Assembly: GCA_963693365.1 (NCBI GenBank)
Contig: CAVNZM010000003.1
Location: 11,567,651-11,631,650 of the forward strand
From: Amoebidium appalachense
Taxonomy: Eukaryota; Protista; Ichthyosporea
Direction: 5' to 3'
DNA length: 64,000 nt
Both the position numbers and the translations under genes were made by a program. Below the pieces are notes generated by a model. The model was not told where the DNA came from. It searched no databases and worked only from the letters and a program-made list of their open reading frames with translations. Below, piece after piece: positions 49,998 to 63,906 of the stretch (position 1 is its first letter; each line of letters opens with the position of its first letter).

Positions 49998-51414
49998 AAA
50001 AGAATGGAATAATATGTAGGTTGGCAAAGGCACACAATGAAGAACACACGTACGTACCTGCATGGCGGTTGTAGCAGCAATGTTCACGTTTCCAGTGGTG
50101 ATTCTAGCCAGCGCAATCATGCGGGTAGTGAGTTCAAACATGTCCTCCATGTGGGTCTTGTTTGCCTTCTTGTCGGTGCCGTGCTCATCAAACCACACCT
50201 TGGCTAGAGGTGTGCCCTCCTGTGTGATGTATGGCCCCATGCCGATCTGCACCACACACAAAAAAAAAACATAGGTAAGGGGAAGAGCCAGAAATGGGAT
50301 TGCTTTCTCCTTCCCTCCCCCTCCCTCCCCCACCCCCCTTCCCTTTCCCCCCCCACCAAAAGCCCAAACCTTCCTCTGGGCCCCCCCGGAAGATAGAAAC
50401 AAAAAGAACTGCATATCCGGGTGCTTCCCCACCATCCACATCCACAACACACGCGGGCGCACACCCACGCACCCACTCACCCACGCACCCATGCACCCAC
50501 CCACCCACAGACATTAAAAAAAAACAAAAAAAAACCGTTGTCCCCATTTTGATGTTTCTTTTCTTTGTGCCTCACTCCACAGATGCACGCGCGCACACGC
50601 AAACACAGAGACACAAAAAGACCATCTCCCCCTTTGACCTCCCTCCCCCCTCCCCCCCTTCCCCACTGACCTCCCCTCCCCTCCCCTCTCCCCCCCCCCC
50701 CCTGCCCGCCCCCCCTCCCCCTCCCCCACGCACCCTCTCTTGCACTCTCTCTTCCTCCTTCTTACATACAACTTTCCCCCTTTGCCTCACCCACACCATG
50801 CACGTACCATATCTATCTCCTCCTCTCTGAAGAACACCAAGTCACGTGCCAGGTCTAGTAGTGTCTGGCCGGGCAGGCCAATCATCACCCCCGTGCCCAC
50901 CTGGAAGCCGATGTCCTTGAGCGTGTGGATGCACTGTGGGGAGTGGGGTATGAATGTTAGACAGGGTGCGTCGAAATGCACACACGCATACACATGTCTC
51001 TCTCTCTCTCTCTCTCACTTACTCCTCCCTCCCCCCCCCCCCTCCCCCCTCCCCTCCAAACACTGGTTTGGAATATGAATGTTAGACAGGGTACGTCGAT
51101 ATGCACGAATAGATACATATTGGAAAAAGAAGAAAAACACGTTCTCTCCCTTTCCCCCATCTCCCTGCGCGCCACCTCTCCCCCCTCCCCTCCACCCCCT
51201 TTTATCAGCAAACCCCATCCTCCCCCTCCCCTCCTCCCCCTCTCCCTCCCCGCCTCCGCCCCTCCCTCCCCCCCTCCCTCCCTCCGTAGCCCATAAATAT
51301 TGTCGACCTCCTCTCCCATTCCACTCCCCATCCCCGACACGCACACGCTCTCCCTGGCCCCCTTACTCCCTATTCCTGACCTTCTCTAAAAAGTTTTTTC
51401 CTTTCCCCTCTCCC

Positions 51415-51456
<42 letters not shown>

Positions 51457-51925
51457 TTTCGCTCCCCAACCCTTGTTATGCCTCAACTTCCTTCCTTTCC
51501 CCTTTTCTTTGCTTCCCTTCTTGATTTTGGTGTGTGTGTGTGTGCGTTTGCTTTTGGGGAGGGGGGGAGGGAGGGAGGGGGGGAGGATGGAACGGAGAGT
51601 GATGGGAGGAGAAGAGAGCGAGGTTCGCCACCTCCATGCGTGTCTCCCATTTGTGGTCTGGGGGGTGCATGGTCTTGTACAGGTCGGGGTTTGTAGTTTC
51701 GATGCGCAGAAGAAACCTGTGGCCCCCGGCATCCCACAACCTCTGGTACTTTTCTCGGTCCAGTTCTCCCACAGACAGTGCTACTGCCTGTATGGCAAGG
51801 GAGGTGTCAGCAGGTGGGGATATGTGGTGAAAAACCCACACGTGAAGGAAGTGTGTAGGAGGTGGGAGGTGGGATGGTGCTTAGACGCGGTGGAAGGGGG
51901 AGGCAGGGAAGGGGCGTGGGTGGGG

Positions 51926-51956
<31 letters not shown>

Positions 51957-52512
51957 ATTGTTAGGAAAGACACGAGGCTTCGTGGATTGTCTGGAGTGTG
52001 TGCATTGTGGGTGATTTAGAAAGGTATTCTAGTGCAAGGACGGGGGAGTTGGATAGAGTTTGGCAGGGTGATGTAGGTGAGTGGGTGACAGGGTGTTGGT
52101 GGTGTTTGTTGTGTGTGTACTATCCGGGTTTGTGTGTATGTGTGTGTGTGGGGGGCTTGGGGCGGAGTGGTGGCAATGAAGGAGAGGGGAAGGGGAGGGG
52201 GGAAGATTGGGGAGGGGGGTAGGGGGGAGGGGGGGGGGGGGGGGGGGGGGGCAGGGGGGAGGATTGTCCCAGGCACATACCAGACCCAGGTCTCTCCTCT
52301 CCTGATGTGTGAGGGGTATGTCTGTGGGCCTGCCCTGCCTCTCCAAGTCCTTTGCTATCGTGGTCGTGCGGATCGTCCGGATAACATCTGCAAAAAAACA
52401 CACGTGTGAGGACCCCGCTGCTACCCCACAATTACATCCCCCCCCCCCCCCTCCCCCCAAACATGTGGGGAAAAAAAAAAGGGGAAAAAAAAAAAAAAAA
52501 AAAAAAACTGCC

Positions 52513-52552
<40 letters not shown>

Positions 52553-54652
52553 TACGCGGCAAAAAAAAAAAAAAAGGAAGAAAAGAAAAAACAAACCTGC
52601 AACACTACCACCACATCTATAATGCCACATCCCATAACCCACCGAAGCAAAGACACACCTGCGATTGGAAGACAGCTGCCTCCTTATTTTTCGTCTGCCA
52701 CCATCCCCACCCCCACCATCCATTTTCGTCTACAGAGCATGTGGCACATACACAGACACACAAACGAAAAAAACTAAAGCATTATGGTCGTTACATGCCC
52801 CGGAAAAAAAAAAGGGGGGGGGGGGGGGGGGGGGGGGGACAGCCGTACAAGTAGAGAATCACCCCCCACATCACACAGCAAGCACGCACCTTCCAAGAAG
52901 GCCAGGCGCTTTTCTGTGTTGACCTCCCCCGACTGCAGCATCAATGACCCAAACTTTCTCTCATAAGCCCACATGGCAGACTCCACAATCTCCTCCTGTT
53001 TACACCCACAGCCCAATTTCAGTACTTGACATCGCAGTTACTTACCTTTCTCCCCCCTCCCCCCCCCCCCCCCCCTCCCTTTCTCCATCCCCCCCCCCCC
53101 ACCCCCCACCCTCAAAGAAAAAAAACAACACACACACACACACACACACACACAGCAAAAAAACCACTAGGCAAACATGCACAAGCACCTACCTTGGGTC
53201 TTGCTCCCAAAATACAAAAACCAAGTATACATTCTTCGATATTTATACTTTGCACATTATAGCAAACCACACAAGCATATGATTGGTCTTTTCGACCCAC
53301 CAGCACTCAAGCACATCATAGCAGGACAAAACAAGACATTACACACACAATTTTTACCTTAGGCATGGAATAGCGATGAACCTTCTGGTGTTTTCTGATG
53401 CCACAGTAGAAGCAGTCTTTCTGGCACACGTTCGAAAACTCGACAATACTGCAGAGAATCAACAACCGTTAATGCGATTTTTAATGTAAAACCTTTGCTA
53501 TGAATGTTTACACGGGGATAAATATAGGAGGGTAACCGTTGTTGACATCTTGCTAGCTGTCATCACGTGCCTTATGTACAGGCAGGACACAGATCTAGAG
53601 GGAAAGCCGAAAAGCCATGGCCACAAGGAAACCAACACTAGAAATAACACTAACATGCATACCCTCTGTAATAGATGTCCGGCCCAAAGAAGCGCTCAGT
53701 GACAGCGTCTGCATGTGCAAACATGGCCTTCTCCAGCAGCTTGTTCTGGGGTGCTGCTGTCAATACCTGAAAAGAAAGCAAGTTTTAGTCCAGATCTTCG
53801 TCTGACGGTCCGATGCCTGTTGAAGCAAACCATGAGGCAGGAGGGGCCAAGCCAGAATACACTGGAAAATGAGAGAAGCAAAGTTTAGGATCATACAGTC
53901 TTGCTGGAGAATGAGGAAGTAGTGGTGGGGGGGGGGGGGGGGGGGGGGGGGGGGATTGCTGGCTCGACGAAAGTGGGAGCGATTTGAAATGCTTCTAACA
54001 AGAGCAGGTCTCATTCTCTCTTCAGCGCCTCTGTGTGGACTGGTATCAAGGAGAGAGGGGCGGGCGGGGGGGGGGGGGGGGGGGGGGACAATGCTTTTGT
54101 GCATGTGTGTGCAGCTGTGCACGTTTGTGTCCAGAAGGTGGGATGGAAGGGGAGTGTTCGCATAAGTTAAAGGTCGGGGTGTTCCAAGGGGAGGAAGGGG
54201 AGAGGGAGGCGGAGGAGGGAAAAGACGAAAAGGGAAGAAAGGCTAAAGAGGGCGAGGCCCATTGACTATACCTCACACAATGTCTTGTCGTCAAGTGCAA
54301 CCACCTCCCCTGCTTTCAGGTCAGGAATACCAATAAACTTGCCAAACTCGGTAGCAGCCTGCTCCTTCGTCATCCCGTGATCGTACGTAAAACCATCGGC
54401 GTGCTTTCTCTTTAGCCGCCTCCTCGCCTCCTCCATCTCTTCTGGACTCACCGGGATACCTTTGGGTTCTGGACCGTGGCTGTGTCCACGTTCGCCATGA
54501 CTGTGCCCGTGCCCGTGTAGAGCAGACGGGGTGCTGTGAAGCGAACGACAAACATGGCTTACCCTACAAAGACTGGCGGTTGCAGCCTGCACTGCAGCAC
54601 GGTTTGCTGCTTGTCTCAGCTGTGGCAGCAGCTGTTGGCACAGTGCTTGCAT
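41540..54652 (-). CDS. HYDEF: [FeFe]-hydrogenase maturase HydE-HydF fusion (radical SAM + GTPase scaffold), ~994 aa, 18 exons, N-terminal organellar presequence
   Basis: Phase-consistent GT-AG exons: 54652-54272, 53766-53663, 53448-53358, 52995-52890, 52387-52281, 51787-51632, 50933-50808, 50246-50058, 49293-49041 (HydE: [20 protein letters not shown] CxxxCxxC; IGMGPY; YQLYEGKPC-x7-CxxC), then 48238-48027, 47766-47564, 46987-46900, 45769-45665, 44971-44810, 44054-43875, 43131-42934, 42391-42272, 41743-41540 (HydF: [33 protein letters not shown]...HCGGC, TNYG). No stop after HydE in the spliced frame. Confidence 0.93.
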
Positions 54653-56102
54653 CGTGCTTGATTCTTAGTTCTCCTTCTATGCTTTTTCAGAGAACTATGT
54701 TGTGAGGATTACAAAGTGATGTGTGTGTAGATCTAAAAGTGGATCCCTACACCTTTCAAAGTGGAACAAGATGACTCCCTCTCAAAAATTTAATTAACAC
54801 AAAAAAACAACGTTCTTTCGGTCTACTCCAAACGCTATGTGCACCGAGAACGAGAGAGCGTGGGGAAAATAAGAAACCCCGTTACCCTCGCAGTCATAAA
54901 CTCGCGCTGTTTACGTTCACTCCAAGTCTGCCAGTTTGGAAACTGCGAGTAGGAGGCTTTTATTGGTGGTCAAAGTCTACGATATAGAGGAGGGCAAATA
55001 CCGAATCCGATGAGCCACATTCCGTCATGCCCCATGTCGATTGTCGAGTATTCTCGACACCGGTTGTTCAGGTTGATCTTGTCCCGACAATGATTTATAA
55101 TGCTTATATATCAAAAATAGAAAGATCTATATCTACATAAATATATAAGTCAGATTTTTTACTTAGATTTTTTCTGGCGGGTATTCGATTGCGCGTATGC
55201 ATGATAAAGTTCGCCTCTCCAAAATTTGAAGCACCTCTGGACATGTACGTACGGCTCCATACATAGGTTTAGATTCATCACATGTACACCGCGCAGCTGG
55301 TGTTGCCTAAGAATGCGTCAATCAAACTAGCAGAAGAAAATTGCATTCTTAGAAGATAGAATGCAATGCTATTATGGTCTCTCCAAGCAGTCACCGTGGG
55401 CTTGCACGAGCCGCTCAAAATATCGTATATCGATCTCACTTTACCAACGTCAACGGTCAACCCCATTTATGGTTCCAAATTGCTTCGCTCCTCTCCTGAA
55501 ATTTGGAGTGTACTGACTGGCCAAGAAGGGTCCAACATTTTCTAGCAGATTTGGTGGAAGGCGCTGGAAGCGAATGGGTTCCTGGAAGCTCACAGGCGAA
55601 ATGCGCTGATTGGTGGTTGCAGACAATGGAGAGGCAAAAGATACATTTGTACCATTGTTTTGTGGGCCAATCAGGATCTATTAAGAGGCTCATCGAATCA
55701 GGGCCTGATAATAATGGGGCTGGTTTCGTTCAATCAAACAATTTGTGACAATTTGTGGCAAGATTATAGTCACTTTGTACATCAGTAAAACATTTTTTAT
55801 ATAAAAAGGCTGTCACACGGCACTAGAGGCCTGAAATCTTGGGTTTGCTTTCGCTTGATTTTTTGACCTCAACAGCGCCCTTAATATAACTATTTTGATT
55901 AGCTTACAATCACGCAGAGTTCTGACCGGGGCACATGCCACAAGTTATACATAACCCCTCCACACCACAAAAGGAAGGCTCACACAGAAAAAGTAATCTA
56001 AACGGGAAGGTGTTGTGTGTGACAAGTAAACTGGGCTTAGTGGCTAACAAGAACTACCTGTATTGCTTTTAGCAAATTAATTGTTTCGTGATAGGAAGGA
56101 GA
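54653..56102. promoter_or_regulatory. Putative bidirectional promoter region between HYDEF and HYDG
   Basis: 1450-bp spacer between divergent ATGs, free of microsatellites, with a TATA-like TATATAAAA (~55798) and CCAAT/ATTGG boxes (~54962, ~55609, ~55666). Confidence 0.55.
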
Positions 56103-56880
56103 ATGTCGCTCAGTGTCATAAGGCAGCTAGGCGCAGCCGTAGCACGCCCGGCAGTGTACGGCAGTGTTGGAACGGCAGCACTCAGGGTTGCAAGGCGAGG
56201 ATTCAAGTGGAGTGTTGAGAAGGAGACCCACCACACATTCAAGGACCCCTTTGAAATTATCGACCATGAGGCCATTTTCAAGGCTCTTGAAAGTATGTGT
56301 CCGTGTGTATGCATGCTGTGCTTGCTTGCGTGTGTGCTTTGACGTTAAAGGGTTGCATTGTGTGGTTCGTTGAAGGTCGAAGCGGCTCGAATTTGGTGGG
56401 GGAGATTTGTGTTTTCTGCCCCGTTTTGTGGGTCACACCCGACAGCCTGGACAACTTGCAATTTTCCTTCCTGTGTTGTAGCCTACTAATTCAAACAATT
56501 GAGAATACACTATTTGTGTTTCTCTTTGTTACTCGAAGCCCCTCCCGCTGTCCCCCACCTTTTTCTTTGCTCCCCAAAGATCCCAAATTCGCTTTATCTA
56601 ATTCTAGTTCTTTCCGTGCAGCAACCAAGGAGAATGCGAAGGACCCTGCACGTGTCCGTGCTATTCTGGAGGCAGCCAAGGAGCGCGCTATGCTGAAAGG
56701 CTTCACACCCGGCATGGTAGGGGGTTTCCTGTTAAATAGTAGTAAAATCTAGTAGCAAGCATATCCCGGCTGACATTAGAGAGACTGCAGTGAAACGAGC
56801 AATCCAAGCGGAGAGCATACCCTCTACTACCTCAATTGTATCCGTGCAACTCGAATATGTTCCTCCTCTGTGTGTGTGTG

Positions 56881-56945
<65 letters not shown>

Positions 56946-58818
56946 CTATCTATGTCACCACACACTGTTTCTCCCTGCGTTACAGCCAGATCAGGCAACT
57001 AACTCATGTTTTTTTCCCCTCCCAGAGTGAATACGTGCAGGGTCTTGATTTGGAAGAAACAGCCACACTGCTCAACATCGACGTTGCGAACAAGGACATG
57101 CTTCAGGAGCTCCACGACACGGCCTTTGCCATCAAAAACCGCATCTACGGCAACCGCATTGTGCTCTTTGCCCCCCTCTACATTGCAAATTGGTGTGTCA
57201 ACACTTGCACCTACTGTGCTTTCCGCGGCGGCAACAAGGGCATTCAACGCGACATGCTCACAAAGCAGCAGATTATCGATGAGGTGGGTCCACTGCTCAG
57301 AGATCTGAGGGTATAAAGGGCTATGAACTTAGTTGCCCGTGCATTTTTCGGGGTTGTGGATAGGATAGGATGAGGCGGGGGGAGGGGGGGGGGGGGGGGG
57401 GGGGGAGAGAGAGGGGCTGGCTTCTGTGGAAGACACATTGGTGCTCCACGGAGACAGCATGGACGTCTCTGGATGCCTGCAACCTGAGCGAGATCCAAGG
57501 GGATTAGGGTTCTGAATTTACTTGTCCGTTTCAGGGGTGGGGAGGGGGGAAGGGGGGACTGATGTCCTTTAGAAAGACTTTTTATGCTCAACGGGTGTTA
57601 GGGGCATGCTCAGCGGGTGTTAGGGGCGCCGGGGGGAGGGGGGGGGGGGGGGACAAAGAGAGTGTGTTTGTGGAGGGAAGGGGAGGCTTGCTTCTTTAGA
57701 AGATGATTTAAATCACATGGTGTATTATGCAGGTGGTTGCATTGGAGAAACAAGGCCACCGGCGGCTGCTGCTGCTGACCGGGGAGCACCCTAAGTACAC
57801 GTTCGACCAGTTCCTTGAAGCCATCGAGACTGTTGCATCGGTGCAGACAGAGCCCTGTGGCAACATCAGACGAATTAACGTCGAGATCCCAGCGCTGTCT
57901 GTGTCAGACATGAAGAGGCTCAAGGCTACGGATAAGGTGGGTCTTCGTGTGGTTGGGTAGGGTTTTGCCGGGGGAGGGAGGGGGGGGGGGGGGGGGGGGA
58001 GGGGGGGAGAGGGATGAGGGAGGGAGAATTGGAGGGGAGTATGTGAAATGGTGGGTTTGATTGGGTTGGAGTAGAGCTCAGTAAAAATTTACGGGTAGCG
58101 TTTGGGCTTGGGGAAGACTTGGGCAAGGAGGGGAGGGGGGGGGGAGGAGGGGGGGGGGGGGGGGGGGGGCAGTGTTCTCGGCATGTTTCGGAGAATGTGA
58201 AGGGGTCGGGGACTCGGGATGTATGGAGCTGTATGTAGGTTGGTGGTGATGTTGAGAGGGGAGCGGTAGGAGAAAAAAGGGATTTGTTTAGGGGACAAGG
58301 TGGTGGTGTGGGCATGGGTGGAGAGGGGGGGGGGGTGGTGTGGTGAGGGAATTAATATTACCAAGTACAAGCGCATTGCTGATGGAGGGGGCACACCCAC
58401 AGGTGGGCACGTACACGATGTTCCAGGAGACCTACCACCTGCCGTCGTTCAAGAAGTTCCACCCTGCCGGGCCCAAGAGCGACTATGGGCACCGGCTGCT
58501 GACCATGGACAGGGCCATGCGGGGAGGCCTGGACGATGTGGGCATTGGTGCTCTGTTTGGCCTGTATGACTACAGGTTTGAGGTGCGTGCGGTACATGCA
58601 TGTGGATAGAATACAGGGGCACGCGTGTACAAACACACACGCACACACAAACACAGGTACACACAGGTACATATACACACAGAGAGAGAGAGAGACGTAT
58701 ACGATTGGAGCAAAGCAAACGCACGTGCATGCAGCCGTGCGCACACACCACTAGGGCACTATTCACAATACGTTCGTTGAACACACACATCACACGGAAT
58801 ACCTGCACACACCTGTGC

Positions 58819-58870
<52 letters not shown>

Positions 58871-59431
58871 CACACACACAGAGAGAGACAGAAACACACA
58901 CAGCTAACATCTGCAGGCATGCTACCCCCCTCCCGCCCCTCCCTCCCCTTCCCCTTCCCCTCCCCTCCCCCCCCCCCCCCCCCCCCTTGCTCTCCCCCCG
59001 GCCGCCCATTCCTTTCCTTTCCCCTCTCTTCCCCTCACCCATACATGCACACACACACACACACACTCACACACGCACTCACACTCCATGCCTGCAGGTG
59101 CTAGCCATGCTGATGCACGCCAACCATCTTGAGTCCGAGTACGGTGCCGGGCCCCACACCATCTCCGTGCCCCGCATGCGGCCTGCAGACGGTGCCGAGA
59201 CCAGTGTGTCCCCCCCCTACCCTGTGGACGATGAGAACTTCAAGAAGCTGGTGGCCATCATTCGATGTGCCGTGCCATACACAGGCATGATCCTGTCCAC
59301 ACGCGAGGTGCGCACCCTGTGCGTGCATGTGTGCCTGCTTGTGATGCGTGGGGAGGGATTGAGGAGGGGAATGACGGCTTGGCATAAATAATGATGATCT
59401 TTGTAAAACATGTTCTTGGGGCGAGGATTTT

Positions 59432-59476
<45 letters not shown>

Positions 59477-59519
59477 TTTTGGGGGGGAGGGGGAGGCTGG
59501 GTTGCGTGTGTAAATAGGG

Positions 59520-59550
<31 letters not shown>

Positions 59551-60153
59551 AGACAGAGAGGGGTGGGGGGGGGGGGGGGGGGGGGGGGGGGGGGCGTCAT
59601 ACGCATACGCCTGCACGAGTGCCGGCTTAACCCTTGGGGTGTACTTGCAGAGCCCTGAGATGCGCAGGCACCTTCTTGAGGTGGGCATGTCGCAGATGTC
59701 TGCTGGGTCCCGCACGGATGTCGGGTCGTACCACAGAGAGGGCACGGAGGAGACGGAGAGGAACCTCAGCAAGCTGGCCGGCCAGTTTGCACTCTTTGAC
59801 CACCGGCCGGCTGGGGATATTGTGCACAGTCTGCTGGAGGAGGGTTATGTGCCTTCGTGGTGCACAGGTACGTGTGAGGCACTTGTGGGTGGGTGGGATG
59901 GTGGTGGGGGTTGGGGGGGGGGGGGGGGGGTGAGAGGGGGCGGGGGGAGGGGGAAGGGGGGGTATATGGGTATTGTGGTGGTCGTGTGTGGTGTGTGTGT
60001 GGTATGAGTGTGGTGGCGAGAGTGTGTTTATGGTGGTGTGTGGGTGCGGGATGTAGATGTGGTATAGGGCAGGTGTGGTTGTGGTGGTGTGTGGTATGTG
60101 TTAGGTGTGGTGATGGTGGGGTAGAGGGGGAAGGAGGGGGGGGGGGGGGGGGG

Positions 60154-60197
<44 letters not shown>

Positions 60198-60513
60198 GGG
60201 TAAAGATGTGCACATCAGAGTTCACGGCAAGCATCTGACATCTTTCCTCATTGCAGCGTGCTACCGCAAGGGGCGCACCGGTGAGGCGTTCATGAAGATT
60301 GCCAAGAAGGGCAACATCCACAACTTCTGCCACCCCAACTCACTGCTGACCCTGCAGGAATATCTCAACGACTATGCAAGCCCGGCAACTAAGAAGCTTG
60401 GGGAGGAGGTTATTGCACGGGAGAGCGAGACGGGGCTGTCGGAGGCTGCTCAGAGGCTGCTGAATAGAAAGCTGGAGAGGGTTAAGAAGGGCGAGCACGA
60501 CTTGTATATCTAA
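56103..60513 (+). CDS. HYDG: [FeFe]-hydrogenase maturase HydG (radical SAM tyrosine lyase, CO/CN synthesis), ~536 aa, 8 exons, N-terminal presequence
   Basis: Exons 56103-56292, 56622-56716, 57026-57283, 57733-57936, 58403-58582, 59098-59307, 59651-59867, 60257-60513, all phase-consistent. Motifs YGNRIVLFAPLY, CVNTCTYC, FQETYH, DDVGIGALFGL, GPHTISVPR, PYTGMILSTRE, and C-terminal CTAC-x22-C, which separates HydG from ThiH. Confidence 0.96.
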
Positions 60514-61371
60514 ATCGTGGAGGGACTGTTTATCACTGGTGGGTAGGTTTAAATTGAATTCGGTTGGGTGTGTGTTGGGCTGTTGAAGTGTTTGAGGGGG
60601 AGGGGGGGGGGGAGGGGAAGGGGAGGGGGGGGAGGCCTATATAGCGAGCAATACCAGATTGGGTGTATTGGTTGGAAAGAATGGTCGAGACGTCCTAGGA
60701 CACTATACAGAATGATTCAATTTGGGACAGAATCGAAACAAGTTTTTTCTAGGTGTTTGTTAGTATTTTTTACAGATTATCTACACACTAATATTCTTGT
60801 TTTAACCCCGAAAACCACACACGACGTAATGCTATCATAGTATTAGCGATTTTTGAATTGGTGCGCTGTGCGCACGTGTAACATCCGCCAGCCCGAGGGC
60901 TGCGGAATGCAAGCTGTTTGGTGGGGAGGATTTTGCGCTTTAAGTGCACAAGTGTGCGTGATTGAATGAAATACAGTAATTATTGGTTTGCAGGCCACAA
61001 AGGACACATATTCCTATATATTTTTTTTTCTTCTTGTTTTATAAAATTACGAGATCTCCAATAAAATATACAGGAACACGAGTACTGTACTGTGTCACCC
61101 CTGGTCCCATCATTTCAATGGCATACCGGTTGAGAGTGTTCGTCAAGAAAACCCCAGCCGGGTGACACGTTCCTCCCCCTCCTTCCTCCCCCCCCCACCC
61201 CCCCCTCCCCTTCCTCCCCGTGCCCCCTCCCCTCCCCCTTATAACACACACACCCCGATACCGCCACCACCACACACACACACACACACACACACATTAT
61301 CTCTCTCCCTTCGAACTCCGCACATGTGCGAATCCCCACCCCCCAACCCCCAACGCCACGTAAACGCACCC

Positions 61372-61417
<46 letters not shown>

Positions 61418-61566
61418 ACACAAACACCTTCATCGCCACCGCCACCGTCAACCTCCACACAAACACACGTTCTCTCTCTCTTCTCTCTGCACAATGCAAA
61501 AAAAAAAAAAAAAAAAAAAAAAAGAAAAGCCAGCCAAAAAGGGGGTTTCTTTCAACATAATTATGC

Positions 61567-61622
<56 letters not shown>

Positions 61623-62204
61623 TGCCGGTGTGTGTGTGTGTGTGCGCGCGCGCGCGTGCGTGTGTGTGTGTGTACGTGTGTGTGGGGTGGGGTGGGGTGG
61701 GGGGGGGGGGGGGGGGGGGGGGGTTGAACTGAAGCTGTCGGTGAATTTACAAGGACCTGAGCTGGTCTGAAAGTGCATCATGATCATGCAGTTGTGTGTG
61801 TGTGTAGATGTGTCCGGGTTGGCCGCAAGTGTGTAGAAAAGCGTATGCCAACATGCACATACATTGCAAACAATCCCGCTTGCGGGGTGAAGCTTGACCT
61901 GACTAACATTCATGCATTTCCTTGCCAGCCGGCCCGCAGCGGCACTTCCTCCGTTCCTATGCCGTACATGCACTTATTCTTCATCAGGAATATCAGGACG
62001 GGCAGATGGAGCACCTAGACGAACATTGAGCAATAACATTCTCCTATACACAGACATTAGTTACCATCTACGAGGGCATTCGAAAGGATCCATACAGGGC
62101 ATGGTGTAGTAGAAGATCTAGTAGAGACACGGAATTAACTTAAAAAGCTACCGGTGATTCGTGCATTCATACTCGGTGTGTGTGTGCGTGTGCGTGTGCG
62201 TGTT

Positions 62205-62276
<72 letters not shown>

Positions 62277-62976
62277 TGTGTGTGAGTTCATGTGTGTGCA
62301 TGTCTGCGAGTATGTGTCTGTATCTGAACCACCCATGCATGCCATCTCTCAGTGCGGATATCTCATATCTATGCATGCCGCCTGTGTTGTGCTACATGCT
62401 GCAACGAGCATTATGAATGTGCCTATGAGCGAGTGCAGCCTAACACTACATACTGACTACGAAGCCCCTTCCATCTTCATTACATATAAAGCGCTACTTC
62501 ATTCGATCAAAAAAAAAAAAAAAGAAAAAAAAAAAAAAGAAACAAAAGGCCAAAAACATAGCCAAAGAACAGGGATCATAAATCACTTGAAGGCCAACGT
62601 TAAGAATGCCGGATGGGCGTTGTATTCGAAGTGTGGCTGTGTGGATGAATATGGGTTAGACCCCCGTCTCCTTCCCTCTGCCACGTCAAACATAAATCCA
62701 TGCCACGCGGGCAAAATCCATACATCACCCGTCCACCTATCCTATGTTAGTCACAGCCATAACACAGACACACACCGCCCATTCCCAACACACGGAAAAA
62801 CATTCGTAAATTCTAAATTCCACACATCAGCACCAGTTTCTGTAAGGGGATGAAAGAACACACAGATAGAGGGCTGAGACTCATGTCTTGCCTGTGCTGG
62901 CTGTAACGTGCAGCTAACTGTCCCTCATGCATGCCAAGCAACCATGTGTTGTGTTCGAGTCAGCACTTGCACGCAC

Positions 62977-63132
<156 letters not shown>

Positions 63133-63288
63133 CGTGCGCATGTGGTGCACGCACACTAATAATGGAGGTGGTAGGCGGTAATGGAGGTGGAGGTCGATGT
63201 GGAGGTGGTGTGAGAGGGGGACCCTTTGCGCACGCGCGAGGGGGGGGGGGGGGGGGGGAGAGAGTGAAAGAAGTTAGAGGTGTGTATT

Positions 63289-63383
<95 letters not shown>

Positions 63384-63822
63384 ACGTGTTTGTGTGGCGC
63401 ACGTGTGCGTGTGAGTCTGTCTGCCTGTGTGTGAAGGCAGTAAGGGGAAAGGGCGGCAGGGGGGGGGGGGGGGGGGGGTTGAATGCGTCAAAAAGTACGA
63501 AGTACACAAGAACAAACGGATAACACGATGCAGAATGCAAGTCATACATAAAGAGTATGCATAATAAGCAGAGCCCATCCTCAGGGGGGGCCCACGTCAT
63601 CCACAGTACCCGAGTTTCGACCTATTCCCCTCGTTAACGAAACCCAACTCAGATACTGTTTCACTTGAACATGAGTAGGTCACCCGTCTTGATCAGAGAC
63701 GAGCAGGGTTGCTTATGCAGGCAAGGGCAGTGGGAAAGGCCGGGGGTTAAAGTTGCAGCAGTAAGCAGAAGCAAGAAAAATATATAGGGGGGGGGGAGGA
63801 ACATAAATGCACACACACAAAC

Positions 63823-63906
63823 CTTGTCATTTGGCCGGTGGCCCGCCATGATCAACTTCAGTACCACCATGTTGACCTTGCACACCCTCTCGAGAGATGC
63901 ACGCTC
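63823..63906 (-). other. Possible internal exon of an unidentified gene entering from the right edge
   Basis: TTCAG acceptor, open 28 codons ERASLERVCKVNMVVLKLIMAGHRPNDK, GTTTGT donor, and intron-like microsatellite flanks. No full gene model could be built. Confidence 0.3.

Noticed and set aside
49041-54652. Biotin synthase (BioB) as the identity of the radical SAM domain
   Set aside because: HydE-type motifs (YQLYEGKPC-x7-CxxC), in-frame fusion to HydF and adjacency to HydG favour HydE.
55503-55748. 81-aa ORF between HYDEF and HYDG
   Set aside because: Non-ATG start, no motif and no splice support.
56103-60513. ThiH as the identity of the plus-strand radical SAM gene
   Set aside because: It has the HydG-specific C-terminal CxxC-x22-C domain.
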